From positions 77,697-141,696 of the IMG/VR virus record IMGVR_UViG_3300025660_000003: DNA of 64,000 nucleotides; one strand, written 5' to 3'. Position numbers and translations under genes: made by a program. The DNA comes from a virus. Each line of letters starts with the position of its first letter. The stretch's first letter is position 1. This document shows, piece by piece, positions 19,997 through 29,388 of this stretch. The notes beneath the pieces are model-generated. The model was given only the letters and a program-made list of their open reading frames with translations, had not been told where the DNA came from and did not search any database.

Positions 19997-20428
19997 TCAG
20001 ACGACGTTGTACCGCTGGACGAGGTCGACGACCCCGCCGACGCCACCAGCGAGGATACTGAACCAGCAGGCGTAGTAGAGGAGGTTGCTGAACAGGATGA
20101 TCCCGCCGGACTCGCTCACCACCTTGCGCTGGGCGTTGATGCGTCGGTCAGCTTCAGCGAACTGAGCATCGAACCCGCCACCGAAGAGACTGCCTCGTGA
20201 CGGGCCACCCCCAGCCGGGTAGACCCGGCGACCGATGACGACATTCTGGGTCCGGGGCGGGGGAGCCCCGGCTTCGGGCTTCGGGGGCCGGAGCGAGGCA
20301 GCGACCTTGCTCTGGATGATGGAGCCCGCGATGAGCTTGATGAGCAGCATCCCGATGATGCCGCCGACGAAGAGGCCGATGGAGAGGTAGAAGAGGTTCG
20401 GGTTCGCTCCGGTCAGCAGTTCGTTCAC
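19997..20428 (-). CDS. Membrane protein (2 TM)
   Basis: Two hydrophobic segments; GTGA overlap with the upstream gene. Confidence 0.6.
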   Translation of the reverse strand: MNELLTGANPNLFYLSIGLFVGGIIGMLLIKLIAGSIIQSKVAASLRPPKPEAGAPPPRTQNVVIGRRVYPAGGGPSRGSLFGGGFDAQFAEADRRINAQRKVVSESGGIILFSNLLYYACWFSILAGGVGGVVDLVQRYNVV

Positions 20429-20589
20429 GGTCGTTTCTCCTTCAGGACTTTGTCGTAGGCGGCTTCGGCCTGCTCTTGGGTGGTGGTGATGCCCTCGCGG
20501 GCCTGTATGGCGATGATGTTCCGCACCATCAGCCTCCGGCGAGTGACCGGGTTGGCGAGGATGGCCTTGATGTCCACGCGGCGTCTCAC
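20425..20589 (-). CDS. Small basic hypothetical protein (54 aa)
   Basis: GTG start overlapping the upstream stop; GC3-rich codons. Confidence 0.5.
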   Translation of the reverse strand: MRRRVDIKAILANPVTRRRLMVRNIIAIQAREGITTTQEQAEAAYDKVLKEKRP

Positions 20590-20834
20590 AGTCCCACCCC
20601 TTGCCGGACAGAGCGTTCCGTTTCGCGTCGAAGTCGCTGGGAGATGGCCTCCAACTCGAACATGGTGAGAGGCGTGTCGTTGTGGGGGACGAAGCGGGAC
20701 CTCCGGTCGGGGTGCCACTGGATCGACCCGATCTTCGTGGAGCTGCCGTCGATGACCCCGCCCTTGGCCGGGTTCTCCCGCATCACGTCACGGGCGTGGG
20801 GGTCAGCCGTCATGTGGAAGGCGAGCTTGGCCAT
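20586..20834 (-). CDS. Hypothetical protein (82 aa)
   Basis: Coupled stop/start in the minus-strand operon. Confidence 0.55.
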   Translation of the reverse strand: MAKLAFHMTADPHARDVMRENPAKGGVIDGSSTKIGSIQWHPDRRSRFVPHNDTPLTMFELEAISQRLRRETERSVRQGVGL

Positions 20835-22021
20835 CAGGTGCGGGCCAGGGTGGGATTGCTCGCCTCGACTTCCGCAGCACGCTTGGCGTCGTACTCCTTC
20901 GCCCGTGCCATGCCAGCGACGCGAGCGTCGTACTCAGCCTGCTGCTTGGCGAGGTAGGCGGCACGGGCGTCGCGGGCGACCTGGGGGTCGATCTCGAAGG
21001 ACCAGCCGTTCGCTTCGACCAGGGCCTGTGCGGTCTTGTTGATGGCCGGGCCACCGCCGCAGTCGAACTGGTTGTCCCGGTAGTGGTAGCCGCAGTTGCC
21101 GCAGCCGGTCGGCATGATGGAGTCACCGCAGAGTGCGCAGTAGGTGGTGGGGGCTCCGCTGATGCGGTCGTTGGCTCCCTTGACCTCGGCCCACAGGAGC
21201 CGCTGGCGGCTGTGGATGATGAGGTCGCAGTCGGCCTCCTCGGCTTCCCCGTTGCTGTGGGTCTGGCGGTCGTTCGGCCCCATGCCGACCTTGAACACGA
21301 AAGCGAGGGCGGCGACGTGGACGGGGCGACCGTCCTGCATCCCCTTCGCGACCGGCTTCGGGGCCGGGTCGGCTCCCGCCTTGACGGCGTAGTGGTCGGG
21401 CCGACGACGGCTAGGGTCCATGACACTGTTCGCGCAAAACCAGCCCCAGCGAGGCTGACGGAGACCGTGGCCCGCCGTGGGGTCGATGAGCTGAGGGTCC
21501 ACGGGCCAGGTGCCCGGGTCGATGTGCTCGCGCTGCCAGGCGTGGGCCTCGGCTCCGAAGTCGGGGACGGTCTTCTGGCCGATGCGGAGGTTCGAGCAGT
21601 AGTCGCCCGTCATCTTCGATCCGTGGTCGGCGGACCAGGACAGGTTGAAGTTGTAGACGGCCCCATCGACGTGAACGCCGGGGACGGCGAAGTACCAGCC
21701 GCGATGCTTGGTGTCCGAGATGGCCTTGCCGATGGCCCTGACCCGCGCCCGGATGTCGTCCGGGATGCTCGCGTCCAGCGTCCGGTACCCGTTGTCCTTC
21801 CAGAGCTGCTGGGCCTGGGCCTCCTGCTCGTCATCCAGGTCGGAGAGGATGGCAGCGACCCCTTCCGGGACGGGCGCGACCCCGTTGATGATCTCGTCGT
21901 ACTTCGCGGCGATCACGTCGTCCGGGATGTGCGGGGTCACTGCCTGCACCTGCTCCAGGGTCGGGTTCAGCACCTTGCGGGAGGCGATCAGGATGGCGAC
22001 GAAGGGATGGGGCTGGGTCAT
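20834..22021 (-). CDS. Hypothetical protein with Cys cluster (CALCG...CGNCG)
   Basis: 395-aa ORF; codon bias; operon packing. Confidence 0.6.
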   Translation of the reverse strand: MTQPHPFVAILIASRKVLNPTLEQVQAVTPHIPDDVIAAKYDEIINGVAPVPEGVAAILSDLDDEQEAQAQQLWKDNGYRTLDASIPDDIRARVRAIGKAISDTKHRGWYFAVPGVHVDGAVYNFNLSWSADHGSKMTGDYCSNLRIGQKTVPDFGAEAHAWQREHIDPGTWPVDPQLIDPTAGHGLRQPRWGWFCANSVMDPSRRRPDHYAVKAGADPAPKPVAKGMQDGRPVHVAALAFVFKVGMGPNDRQTHSNGEAEEADCDLIIHSRQRLLWAEVKGANDRISGAPTTYCALCGDSIMPTGCGNCGYHYRDNQFDCGGGPAINKTAQALVEANGWSFEIDPQVARDARAAYLAKQQAEYDARVAGMARAKEYDAKRAAEVEASNPTLART

Positions 22022-22025
22022 GGGA

Positions 22026-23174
22026 CTAGACGGCTCCGTTGAAGTGGGCGGCGACCAGCGTGACCAGTCGCGGCTGGAGGCTCATGGAGAAGACCGTCCA
22101 GCAGCCGTTCTCGCGGTTCCAGGTGCGGTTCCGACCGGGGACCAGGGCCTTCAGTTCGGCCACGAACTTGAAGTTGCGGCGCGGGGTGTAGAGGTCAATC
22201 ACGTCCATCTGACCGTTGTTCCGCACCCGGAGGATGGTGGCCTTCGGAGCGGCCTTCGAGGCGACCGGCTTCGGGTCGTAGGCGGCTCGGAACTCGTCGC
22301 GGACGTTGTACCAGGTGGCCGTGTCCATCTTGACGACGCGGCTGGGGTTGCCAGCGATCATGCCGGGGACCGTGACCCACTGGCCGCCGAAGTCCTCACC
22401 GAGGATGGCCCACACCAGGGACTTGCGGATGAGGGGGAAGCGCCAGCCGTAGGTGAAGCGACCCTCACGGGCGACCGTGGTGGCCTCCTTGACGTTCCGC
22501 ATGTTGCGGCGGACGTGGGCCTTGCTGCGGCAGCGGACGATGTAGAAGTTCGCGTCCGTGGGGTCGCGGCTGATGATCACGTCGGTGTTGCGCTCGCGGA
22601 GCCGGTCACCGAGACCGACGAAGCCGAGAGCGGTGACGATGCTCGCGCAGTCGAGGACGACCTGCGTGTTGTCGAGGTGGGCCGAGGACCACCAGATGAG
22701 GATGTTGCAGAGGTCGCGGGGCTTCGACTTGAGACCCTTGGCGGCGATCTTGACCAGCCGGTCCAGCTTGCTCGCCTGGAGCAGGCCGAGGGCCTCCTCG
22801 AACATCGCGGAGGTGATGTCGAAGTCGATCTCGTAGTGCTGGCGGGAGCAGTCCGGGCCGATGCCTCTGGACACGCTCACGGAGTCGCGCAGTGCGGTCC
22901 CGCAGCAGGTACAGCGGGTCGCGGTCAGCGTGAAGACCTTCTGCCACTCGCGGATGATGCCGAGTGCGTCAGCAGCCGAGTGGGCTGCGCTGGACGAGGT
23001 TCCCGTCCCGGCGGCGATGACCACCTTGGGGCTGCGGTTGGGGCCAAGGTCGGGGGCGTCCAGCAGGGCGTCCACGTTGGCGATCAAGCGGCCCGACGCG
23101 GGGTTCGCGCTCGCCGGGGGGGTGCTGGTGCCGAATGAGGCAAAGGCAGCTTCGATTTCGGGGTCGGTTCGCAT
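22026..23174 (-). CDS. DUF6011-like Zn-finger protein with C-terminal HARP-like segment
   Basis: CTCCGTALRDSVSVSRGIGPDC motif; C-terminal FVAELKALVPG..TWNRENGCW; GGAGA RBS. Confidence 0.6.
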   Translation of the reverse strand: MRTDPEIEAAFASFGTSTPPASANPASGRLIANVDALLDAPDLGPNRSPKVVIAAGTGTSSSAAHSAADALGIIREWQKVFTLTATRCTCCGTALRDSVSVSRGIGPDCSRQHYEIDFDITSAMFEEALGLLQASKLDRLVKIAAKGLKSKPRDLCNILIWWSSAHLDNTQVVLDCASIVTALGFVGLGDRLRERNTDVIISRDPTDANFYIVRCRSKAHVRRNMRNVKEATTVAREGRFTYGWRFPLIRKSLVWAILGEDFGGQWVTVPGMIAGNPSRVVKMDTATWYNVRDEFRAAYDPKPVASKAAPKATILRVRNNGQMDVIDLYTPRRNFKFVAELKALVPGRNRTWNRENGCWTVFSMSLQPRLVTLVAAHFNGAV

Positions 23175-23192
23175 CGTGTTCTCCAGTCGATC

Positions 23193-23222
23193 TGACTACT
23201 CGCCAGTCTGAGTTTCTGAGCC
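23193..23222 (-). promoter_or_regulatory. Class-E promoter motif GGCTCAG-N16-GTAGTCA
   Basis: One of 13 copies with an invariant 16-nt spacer. Confidence 0.7.
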
Positions 23223-23357
23223 CTAGAAGTTCCGGCAGAGAGCATGGCCGACACGGCGGCGGGCCTTGCTGGCACCTCGCTTGCCCTTGCCCTTGCGGGC
23301 ATGGCCGTAAGCCTTGGACTGCACCATCAGGCGTCGCATCGCGGTTCGGGTTTCCAT
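23223..23357 (-). CDS. Small highly basic peptide (44 aa, METRTAMRRLMVQSKAYGHARKGKGKRG...)
   Basis: Lies between two class-E motifs. Its RBS/start GGAGAACACGATG is identical to that of the 23174 gene. Below the ORF-track size cutoff. Confidence 0.6.
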   Translation of the reverse strand: METRTAMRRLMVQSKAYGHARKGKGKRGASKARRRVGHALCRNF

Positions 23358-23378
23358 CGTGTTCTCCATCCTTCACCC

Positions 23379-23408
23379 CTACTACGGGGCACGATGCGGT
23401 TCTGAGCC
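23379..23408 (-). promoter_or_regulatory. Class-E promoter motif GGCTCAG-N16-GTAGTAG
   Basis: Exact consensus. Confidence 0.8.
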
Positions 23409-23479
23409 CCCAATCGCAGGAATCGAAAACGCCTGCGTTTCCGCCCGCCTGGGGAAAAATCTGGATTTCTCAGAAAGGG

Positions 23480-23509
23480 GGCTCAGAACGTCGAGGCCAC
23501 CCGTAGTAG
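23480..23509 (+). promoter_or_regulatory. Class-E promoter motif
   Basis: Exact consensus; divergent from the 23379 copy. Confidence 0.8.
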
Positions 23510-23553
23510 GGGTGAGCGAGAGAACCCTGAACGACAGGTGGCCACGCCACCGG

Positions 23554-23583
23554 GGCTCAGACGACAAGCCCTTCCAGTAGTAG
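23554..23583 (+). promoter_or_regulatory. Class-E promoter motif (tandem)
   Basis: Exact consensus; 27 nt upstream of ATG 23611. Confidence 0.8.
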
Positions 23584-23610
23584 GAATGGACGCACGACGG
23601 AGAGATCATC

Positions 23611-24498
23611 ATGGCGAAACTGACACTGGCAGATGCCCGCAGGACGATGGGCAAGGGCCGACCCTGGACCTTCCGACTGGAGTTCTACGGGCAGACGGCC
23701 GCAGGCAACCCGAGCCAGAAGTTCTGGCTCTGCACGGGTCGAGCCCGCAACGAGCCGGTCGAGATCCACTACGGGGCCATCGGGGCGAAGTCGCAGATCC
23801 TCGTGAAGACCTGGGACTACGTCGAGAAGACCGCCCCGGAGAAGATCGCCAAGGGCTACGACTACGCGGACACCCCGTTCGTTCGCATCCGCAAGGCAGT
23901 CATCGACACCTTCGCCATCGGCGGCATGGTCGCTGCCATCGCCTACGGAGCGAAGACCCCCGCGAAGCCACGGCACACCGTCCAGAACACTCCCCGAAGG
24001 CCCGCCCAGGCACCAGTGCCTACCCCTGCCAAGCCCAGCCCAACGACCTGGCGATGCAACACGGGTGGGGTGTCGATGCGGATCAGAGGGTCGAACATCG
24101 AGATCACGTTCGACAAGTTCCCCGCCGACTGGCAGGGGGCCGTCTTCGGCACCTTCAAGGGTGAACTGGCCGACTTCTGCACGAAGCAGATGGGACGCAC
24201 CATCAGCATCTACTGGGGCATCGGCAGCGAGAACTTCGCCGTCCAGAACTGCCCGGACAAGGGCTTGTTCCAGGCGCTCGTGAAGTGGCTCCAGAGCCAG
24301 ATCGGAGCCGCTGCGACGCCGCTGGTGCCCCCCACGAAGCTGACCGGCCCCTACGCCTCCATCGTCATCGTCAAGCCGATGGGCAAGGGCGTGTGGGCTG
24401 CTCTCAACGGACTGGGCAGCAAGGTGCTGGACCTGACCGCCAAGGGTGCCCGAGACCTCGTGGCCGACTACCCGAGCATCAAGGTGGCCGGACTGTGA
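23611..24498 (+). CDS. WGR-like domain protein
   Basis: SQKFW...IHYGAIG...EKIAKGY resembles the WGR domain pattern. Confidence 0.55.
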   Translation: MAKLTLADARRTMGKGRPWTFRLEFYGQTAAGNPSQKFWLCTGRARNEPVEIHYGAIGAKSQILVKTWDYVEKTAPEKIAKGYDYADTPFVRIRKAVIDTFAIGGMVAAIAYGAKTPAKPRHTVQNTPRRPAQAPVPTPAKPSPTTWRCNTGGVSMRIRGSNIEITFDKFPADWQGAVFGTFKGELADFCTKQMGRTISIYWGIGSENFAVQNCPDKGLFQALVKWLQSQIGAAATPLVPPTKLTGPYASIVIVKPMGKGVWAALNGLGSKVLDLTAKGARDLVADYPSIKVAGL

Positions 24499-24710
24499 GC
24501 GTCTACATCATCGTCCTCTGCCAGATCGACGACTTCTACTACTACATCCTCGACGAGCCCAACTGGGACGCACTAGGCGACGGGCCGCTCTGCGAGAGCA
24601 CCCACAAGGTCGAGCTGCTGCACGAGCCGGACACCCTCAAGGAGGCCTTCGATCTCGTGGACATTCACGGATACGAGGTCGAGGGAACCGGCCAGGGAGT
24701 CATGTACTGA
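24495..24710 (+). CDS. Small acidic hypothetical protein (71 aa)
   Basis: GTGA overlap; coupled to the next gene. Confidence 0.55.
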   Translation: MSVYIIVLCQIDDFYYYILDEPNWDALGDGPLCESTHKVELLHEPDTLKEAFDLVDIHGYEVEGTGQGVMY

Positions 24711-25132
24711 TGGACCTCGACGCACAAGTAGCCTTTGCCGACGCCGTGCGGGCGCTCTTCGAGGGCGTGCCGAACAACGAGGGCAAGGAGCCCGAGATCA
24801 TCGCCCTGATGGACAAACACCTCGGAGGCCGCATCAAGGCCGCCGGGCTCATCGACGACCTCTGGCCGTTCCTCGGCATCGTCAACGACTACGAGAGCCT
24901 GCGGACGCGAGCCCACGTCGAGGAGATGGAGGCCCGGCAGGTGGAGTGGCAGGCCGAAGTCGCCGCCCGCAAGGGTGAGGTGGACCCCCTGGAGGACGCC
25001 TTCCGAACGGGCTGGCAGCGTGGCCGGACCTACGCCAGGGACCAGGACGGTGACGCCGAGGACGACGAGTGGTCCGCGATGGAGCTGGACGGCCACGTCC
25101 TCGAATGGAAGGCAGGAGAGCAGGGCGACTGA
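24710..25132 (+). CDS. Hypothetical protein (140 aa)
   Basis: TGATG coupling; codon bias. Confidence 0.6.
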   Translation: MDLDAQVAFADAVRALFEGVPNNEGKEPEIIALMDKHLGGRIKAAGLIDDLWPFLGIVNDYESLRTRAHVEEMEARQVEWQAEVAARKGEVDPLEDAFRTGWQRGRTYARDQDGDAEDDEWSAMELDGHVLEWKAGEQGD

Positions 25133-25134
25133 TG

Positions 25135-25165
25135 CGGTAGCGTGCCTATGAACCCGAAGGGGTGG
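25135..25165 (+). promoter_or_regulatory. Class-L promoter motif CGGT-N6-CCTAT-N11-GGTGG
   Basis: Intergenic; same spacing as the other four copies. Confidence 0.6.
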
Positions 25166-25172
25166 AGGCACG

Positions 25173-25919
25173 ATGCACCGGATTCGCCTGACCACGCACC
25201 ACGGCCTGATCGTCGCCCCCGACGTTGCAGACGCCATGCGTGCGCTGGAAGTGGCAGCCAGCAACAACGGCAAGTGGCGAGTCCGCTTCACCGCCCCCGA
25301 CCCCCAGCCCTACAGCCCCACCTCCCTCCTCCCCGCTGGCCGTGAGGTCACCTTCGTCTTCGAGAAGGACGGCGTAGACCCGCTGGCGGCTCTGCACGCG
25401 GCCTGGGGTGCGGCCATCCCGCTGGGGTTCACCCCCCGGCTCCGCGACCCCCTCATCGAGCCCGGCTGCACGGTCTTCAGATTCTTCGGTCCCTGGCAGT
25501 CCCTCTACGGGAAGCTCCTGGCCGAAGGTCGTGGGCACCTGGCATGGCCATCCGTCTGTGCGGCTGCACAGGTGGACGTGGGCGAGTGGAAGGGCGACAA
25601 GGAGGAGCCCCGCTTCGTCCAGGCCCAGCTCCACCGCATCGGCAGGAACCCCGGCCCCATCGACGGCATCATCGGTCAGCGGACGGCGGCGGCCATCGAG
25701 AGCCTGACCGTGCCCCGTGGGTCGCTGACCATCGTGGCGGACCACCTGCGGACGGCCGAGGGCCACAAGAATCTGGACAAGGTGACGCGGGGTCACCTGC
25801 ACATCCCCGGACAGCAGCTCGTGGTCGAAGGCTACGGAGGGGTCAAGGCATGGCCGATGGACAACGGGGCGGGCTTCGAGGTGACCGGACCGGGTCGCAT
25901 CGTGGTGGACGTGCGCTGA
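25173..25919 (+). CDS. Peptidoglycan-binding domain protein
   Basis: VQAQLHRIGRNPGPIDGIIGQRTAAAI matches PG_binding_1; no catalytic domain recognised. Confidence 0.65.
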   Translation: MHRIRLTTHHGLIVAPDVADAMRALEVAASNNGKWRVRFTAPDPQPYSPTSLLPAGREVTFVFEKDGVDPLAALHAAWGAAIPLGFTPRLRDPLIEPGCTVFRFFGPWQSLYGKLLAEGRGHLAWPSVCAAAQVDVGEWKGDKEEPRFVQAQLHRIGRNPGPIDGIIGQRTAAAIESLTVPRGSLTIVADHLRTAEGHKNLDKVTRGHLHIPGQQLVVEGYGGVKAWPMDNGAGFEVTGPGRIVVDVR

Positions 25920-26485
25920 TGCGGAAGCTCAAGACCAGCTCCAGAGCTGAGAACGCTCTGATGGAAGGGGTCGGCAAGGCCCTGGACTCCAAGCTCACCG
26001 ACATCGGCCATGCGGCTGTGCGGGAGATCGTCACGCAGGGCAACCACCTGTCGGTCAACCCCAAGCACCTGCCCTACGTCTTCTGGGCCCTGGCCAACAA
26101 CGCGGGGCTCCCCCGGCTCGGGCAGAAGGAGCAGAAGGCGTTCGACTTGATGATCAGCATCATGGCCCGCACTGGGACGATGCCGCCGTACCAGGGCAGC
26201 TTCCAGCCTGGCTCCGATGACGCCACGGACTCCGCTATCGACGCCACCGCTACCTACATGGGCCGCTGGGCCATGCGAACCATGTTCCCCGCGCTCCTGA
26301 CGGCCTACAAGGCAGCTCTCACCTCGCAGGTGCGGGACGTGCCCAGGGCCACGAACGGCCAGGTGTCGCAGGCCAAAGCCTTCGACTTCCTGCGCTTCGC
26401 CTTCCGCTCGACCGTGGACATCTCATCGAGCATGTTCCGCGATGGCGAGCTGCTGCGTAGGGTCGTCCGCGTTCTCCCGATCTAG
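25919..26485 (+). CDS. Hypothetical protein (188 aa)
   Basis: TGATG coupling; codon bias. Confidence 0.6.
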   Translation: MRKLKTSSRAENALMEGVGKALDSKLTDIGHAAVREIVTQGNHLSVNPKHLPYVFWALANNAGLPRLGQKEQKAFDLMISIMARTGTMPPYQGSFQPGSDDATDSAIDATATYMGRWAMRTMFPALLTAYKAALTSQVRDVPRATNGQVSQAKAFDFLRFAFRSTVDISSSMFRDGELLRRVVRVLPI

Positions 26486-26506
26486 GGGACTCATCGTCAG
26501 CTTGAT

Positions 26507-26513
26507 CGGGTAG
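26507..26513 (+). promoter_or_regulatory. Class-M motif CGGGTAG upstream of the replication operon
   Basis: Recurs in short gaps before the primase, polymerase and exonuclease genes. Confidence 0.4.
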
Positions 26514-26539
26514 TCCGGGGGCATCCCTGCGGAGACGGC

Positions 26540-28156
26540 ATGGCAGACGATCGAGTAGCGCGAGTCGCGGCAAAGCTGAAGGCCATCCGATCGCGGGAGG
26601 ACCTGAAGCTCAAGCCGACGCCCCACCTCAAGACGACCTTCACGGACTTCTCCGGCAACGAGAAGGAGCTGAAGATCCGCTACTACCAGGTGCAGGGAAT
26701 CCTCCACCTGATCTTTATGAAGCGGTTCCTGCTGGGCGATGACACCGGCCTCGGCAAGACGCTGGAGAGCATCGCAGCCCTTTGCTACATCTGGGAGAAG
26801 GACCCGGGCCGCAAGGTCATCGTCCTGACCACGAAGTCGGCAACCCCACAGTGGGCCAAGGAGTTCGCGAAGTTCACCAAGGGCGTCCGGGTCATCATCG
26901 CCTCTGGCACTCGCAAGCACCGCGAAGCGGCCTACGCGACGTGGCGGAAGGGCTCGATGCCGACCGTCATGGTCATGGGCTACCGCTCTGCCGTGAACGA
27001 CATTCGCAAGCTCCAGAGGGACGAGGGCTACATCCTCATCTGCGACGAGGCGACGGCGTTCAAGAACCCGAAGACCCAGGTGCATCAGGCCATCCGGCAC
27101 ATGAGCGAGATGGCGGACCGGACGTGGGCTCTGACGGCCACCCTCATCAAGAATCACCTGATGGAAGGCCACGGCATCTACCAGGTCGTCGTCCCCGGCC
27201 TGTTCGGGACGGCCAACAACTTCATGTACTACTACTGCATCGTCGAGATGATGCAGATCGGCAGGGGTCGCAAGGTCCCCCGCGTCGTCGGCTACTACCC
27301 CGAGAAGGTGGCCGAGTTCCGCAAGCACATCGAGCCGTACTACTACGGACGCCCCAAGCACGAAGTCGCCAAGGAGCTGCCCACCCTGACCCGTGAGCTG
27401 TTCGAGGTCAGCCTCACACCGGCCCAGGAGAGCAAGTACAACGAGGCCCTGACCGGGTTCCTTGAAGTGGGGGAGAAGCGAGCAGAGGGGCCGGAGGAGA
27501 AGGAGGTCACCAAGCTCACGGCGATCTCCTACTGCCAGCAGATCGTCAACCACCCGTCGCTCATCGAGTGCCCCGGCGGCTCCGGCAAGCTGGAAGCCCT
27601 GCTGGAGATGCTGACAGAGGGGGACCTGGCGGGCGAGAAGGTCATCATCTTCAGCCGGTTCAAGAAGATGGTGAACCTGCTGATGCCCGCCCTGAAGGCC
27701 AAGAAGATCATCGCGGTCAGGGTCACCGGGGACGAGAACGAGAATCAGCGGCAGGCGGCACAGGACGCCTTCCAGAACCCGGAGGACGACACACGGGTCA
27801 TCTGCATCACGTCGGCAGGTGGGGAGGCCATCAACCTCCAGGCGGCGAAGGCCATCATCTTCTTCGACACCCCATGGTCGGCGGGCGAGTACCTCCAGAT
27901 CCTCGGTCGGATGATCCGCATCGGGTCAGCGCACGCGGCGGTCCTGGCCATCCACCTGGTCACCAAGCTCAAGACCGGCAAGCCCACCATCGACCAGCGG
28001 GTCATGGACGTGATCGGCAGCAAGATGAAGCTCATCGAGGCGGTCCTTGGGGAACGCCTCAAGGGTACTGAGAAGGTGAAGGGCAAGAAGATCGAGGTCC
28101 GCAGCGAGATCAACGACATCTTCGATGCCTTGCGGGAGGATGCGAAGCCCAAATGA
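26540..28156 (+). CDS. SNF2-family (SF2) helicase/ATPase
   Basis: GDDTGLGKT Walker A, ICDEA Walker B, LTAT, KVIIFS, AGGEAINLQ, QILGRMIRIG motifs. Confidence 0.9.
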   Translation: MADDRVARVAAKLKAIRSREDLKLKPTPHLKTTFTDFSGNEKELKIRYYQVQGILHLIFMKRFLLGDDTGLGKTLESIAALCYIWEKDPGRKVIVLTTKSATPQWAKEFAKFTKGVRVIIASGTRKHREAAYATWRKGSMPTVMVMGYRSAVNDIRKLQRDEGYILICDEATAFKNPKTQVHQAIRHMSEMADRTWALTATLIKNHLMEGHGIYQVVVPGLFGTANNFMYYYCIVEMMQIGRGRKVPRVVGYYPEKVAEFRKHIEPYYYGRPKHEVAKELPTLTRELFEVSLTPAQESKYNEALTGFLEVGEKRAEGPEEKEVTKLTAISYCQQIVNHPSLIECPGGSGKLEALLEMLTEGDLAGEKVIIFSRFKKMVNLLMPALKAKKIIAVRVTGDENENQRQAAQDAFQNPEDDTRVICITSAGGEAINLQAAKAIIFFDTPWSAGEYLQILGRMIRIGSAHAAVLAIHLVTKLKTGKPTIDQRVMDVIGSKMKLIEAVLGERLKGTEKVKGKKIEVRSEINDIFDALREDAKPK

Positions 28157-29388
28157 GCAACAAGAAGGACAACCGCCCGGACATCAACCAGGACCACCCC
28201 CTGCTTGACTTCCCCCAGGGCAACGGCGACCCCGATTGCCCCAACTGCAAGGGCCGGGGCGTCGTCCCGGTCATGGTGGACCTCGGCGGCGGGAAGATGT
28301 GGCCCGGCGGTGGCACGCAGAACTGCGACTGCATGTTCAAGCGGGACCTCATCGCCAACGTCAAGCGGGTCTGGAAGGTGCTGCTCAACGTCGAGTCGGC
28401 GGAGGAGTCCGAACTGCTCGGCATGACCAACCAGAACCTCTGGATCACGGCGTCGAACTACGACATCCGGCGGCACCTCCGCTACGTCGCCTTCCGCATG
28501 GGAACCCGGTGGGACGCACGGGTCATCGCTGATGCCACCCTGGTCACCGCATGGCTCTCCAGCGTCAAGGACGTGTACGACGCCGACGTGCTGCTCGAAC
28601 GCGACGGGTTCAACCGGGAGCGGCCATCGGAGCACTACTTCACCCTGGTCGATCTGGCCGTGCCCTTCGACCTGCTCATCATCCGTCTGGGCGTGAAGGC
28701 AGCGAAGAATCGCGAGATGCCGAACGTGCTGGCAGAGGCCGTCAACGAGCGGGAGCAGCAGGGCAAGCCGACGTGGATCGTGGACTCCCCCATCAAGCCG
28801 CTGGCTCCGGGGCACATTTGCTACAACGATGCCGTCGTGGAGATGCTCGATGGCTTTCGCCGGGTCATCCTCTCGGACGGGGTACACGTCCCCGCTGGCG
28901 TGAAGACAGCAGCACAGCAGTACAAGGCCCCCAGGACCGCCAGAGCGACCGCAGGGGCGGCTAGTGCGGCTCCTGCCTCGCCGTACACCCGCCGCAAGGC
29001 AGGGATGGCCCAGGCGGCTCCTACGACCGCTCCGGCAACCCCACCACCGGAGCCAGTGGGCAACATGCCGATGGACGACTACGAGGGGGACCCCTCAGAG
29101 GTCTCGCTGGCGGACGATGACGAGTTCAGCGTGGACTCCCTGCTATCAGACGCCCACACCCCGCACCTCACGGATGGCGGTGAGGGCTTGCTGCCAGAGG
29201 ATGAGGTCAACGTGGAGGAGCTGTTGTCGGACTTCCCGACCGCTGGTGAGCTGGGCGGCAACGCGAGGGAGCTGCCCTCGTTCCTGCGTGGTCCGCTGAC
29301 GAAGGAGGACCGACAGGCCAAGGAGAAGGCGGCGAAGCGGCAGAAGCGGCGGGACAAGAAGTTCGGCCCGAAGGGGGGTGGACGATGA
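28153..29388 (+). CDS. DnaC/IstB-like helicase loader, apparently degenerate ATPase, with N-terminal Zn finger and acidic tail
   Basis: CPNCKGRG...CDC; DLLII and 'NER...KPTWI' segments; no intact Walker A; directly upstream of the helicase. Confidence 0.5.
   Translation: MSNKKDNRPDINQDHPLLDFPQGNGDPDCPNCKGRGVVPVMVDLGGGKMWPGGGTQNCDCMFKRDLIANVKRVWKVLLNVESAEESELLGMTNQNLWITASNYDIRRHLRYVAFRMGTRWDARVIADATLVTAWLSSVKDVYDADVLLERDGFNRERPSEHYFTLVDLAVPFDLLIIRLGVKAAKNREMPNVLAEAVNEREQQGKPTWIVDSPIKPLAPGHICYNDAVVEMLDGFRRVILSDGVHVPAGVKTAAQQYKAPRTARATAGAASAAPASPYTRRKAGMAQAAPTTAPATPPPEPVGNMPMDDYEGDPSEVSLADDDEFSVDSLLSDAHTPHLTDGGEGLLPEDEVNVEELLSDFPTAGELGGNARELPSFLRGPLTKEDRQAKEKAAKRQKRRDKKFGPKGGGR

Noticed and set aside
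19994-20023. GGCTCAG at 19994
   Set aside because: No GTAGT 16 nt downstream; it overlaps the stop codon of the minus-strand gene.
23193-23583. CRISPR-like or integron attC array from the clustered repeats
   Set aside because: The repeats are bipartite with variable interiors, irregularly spaced and oriented toward genes. No cas or integrase gene is present.
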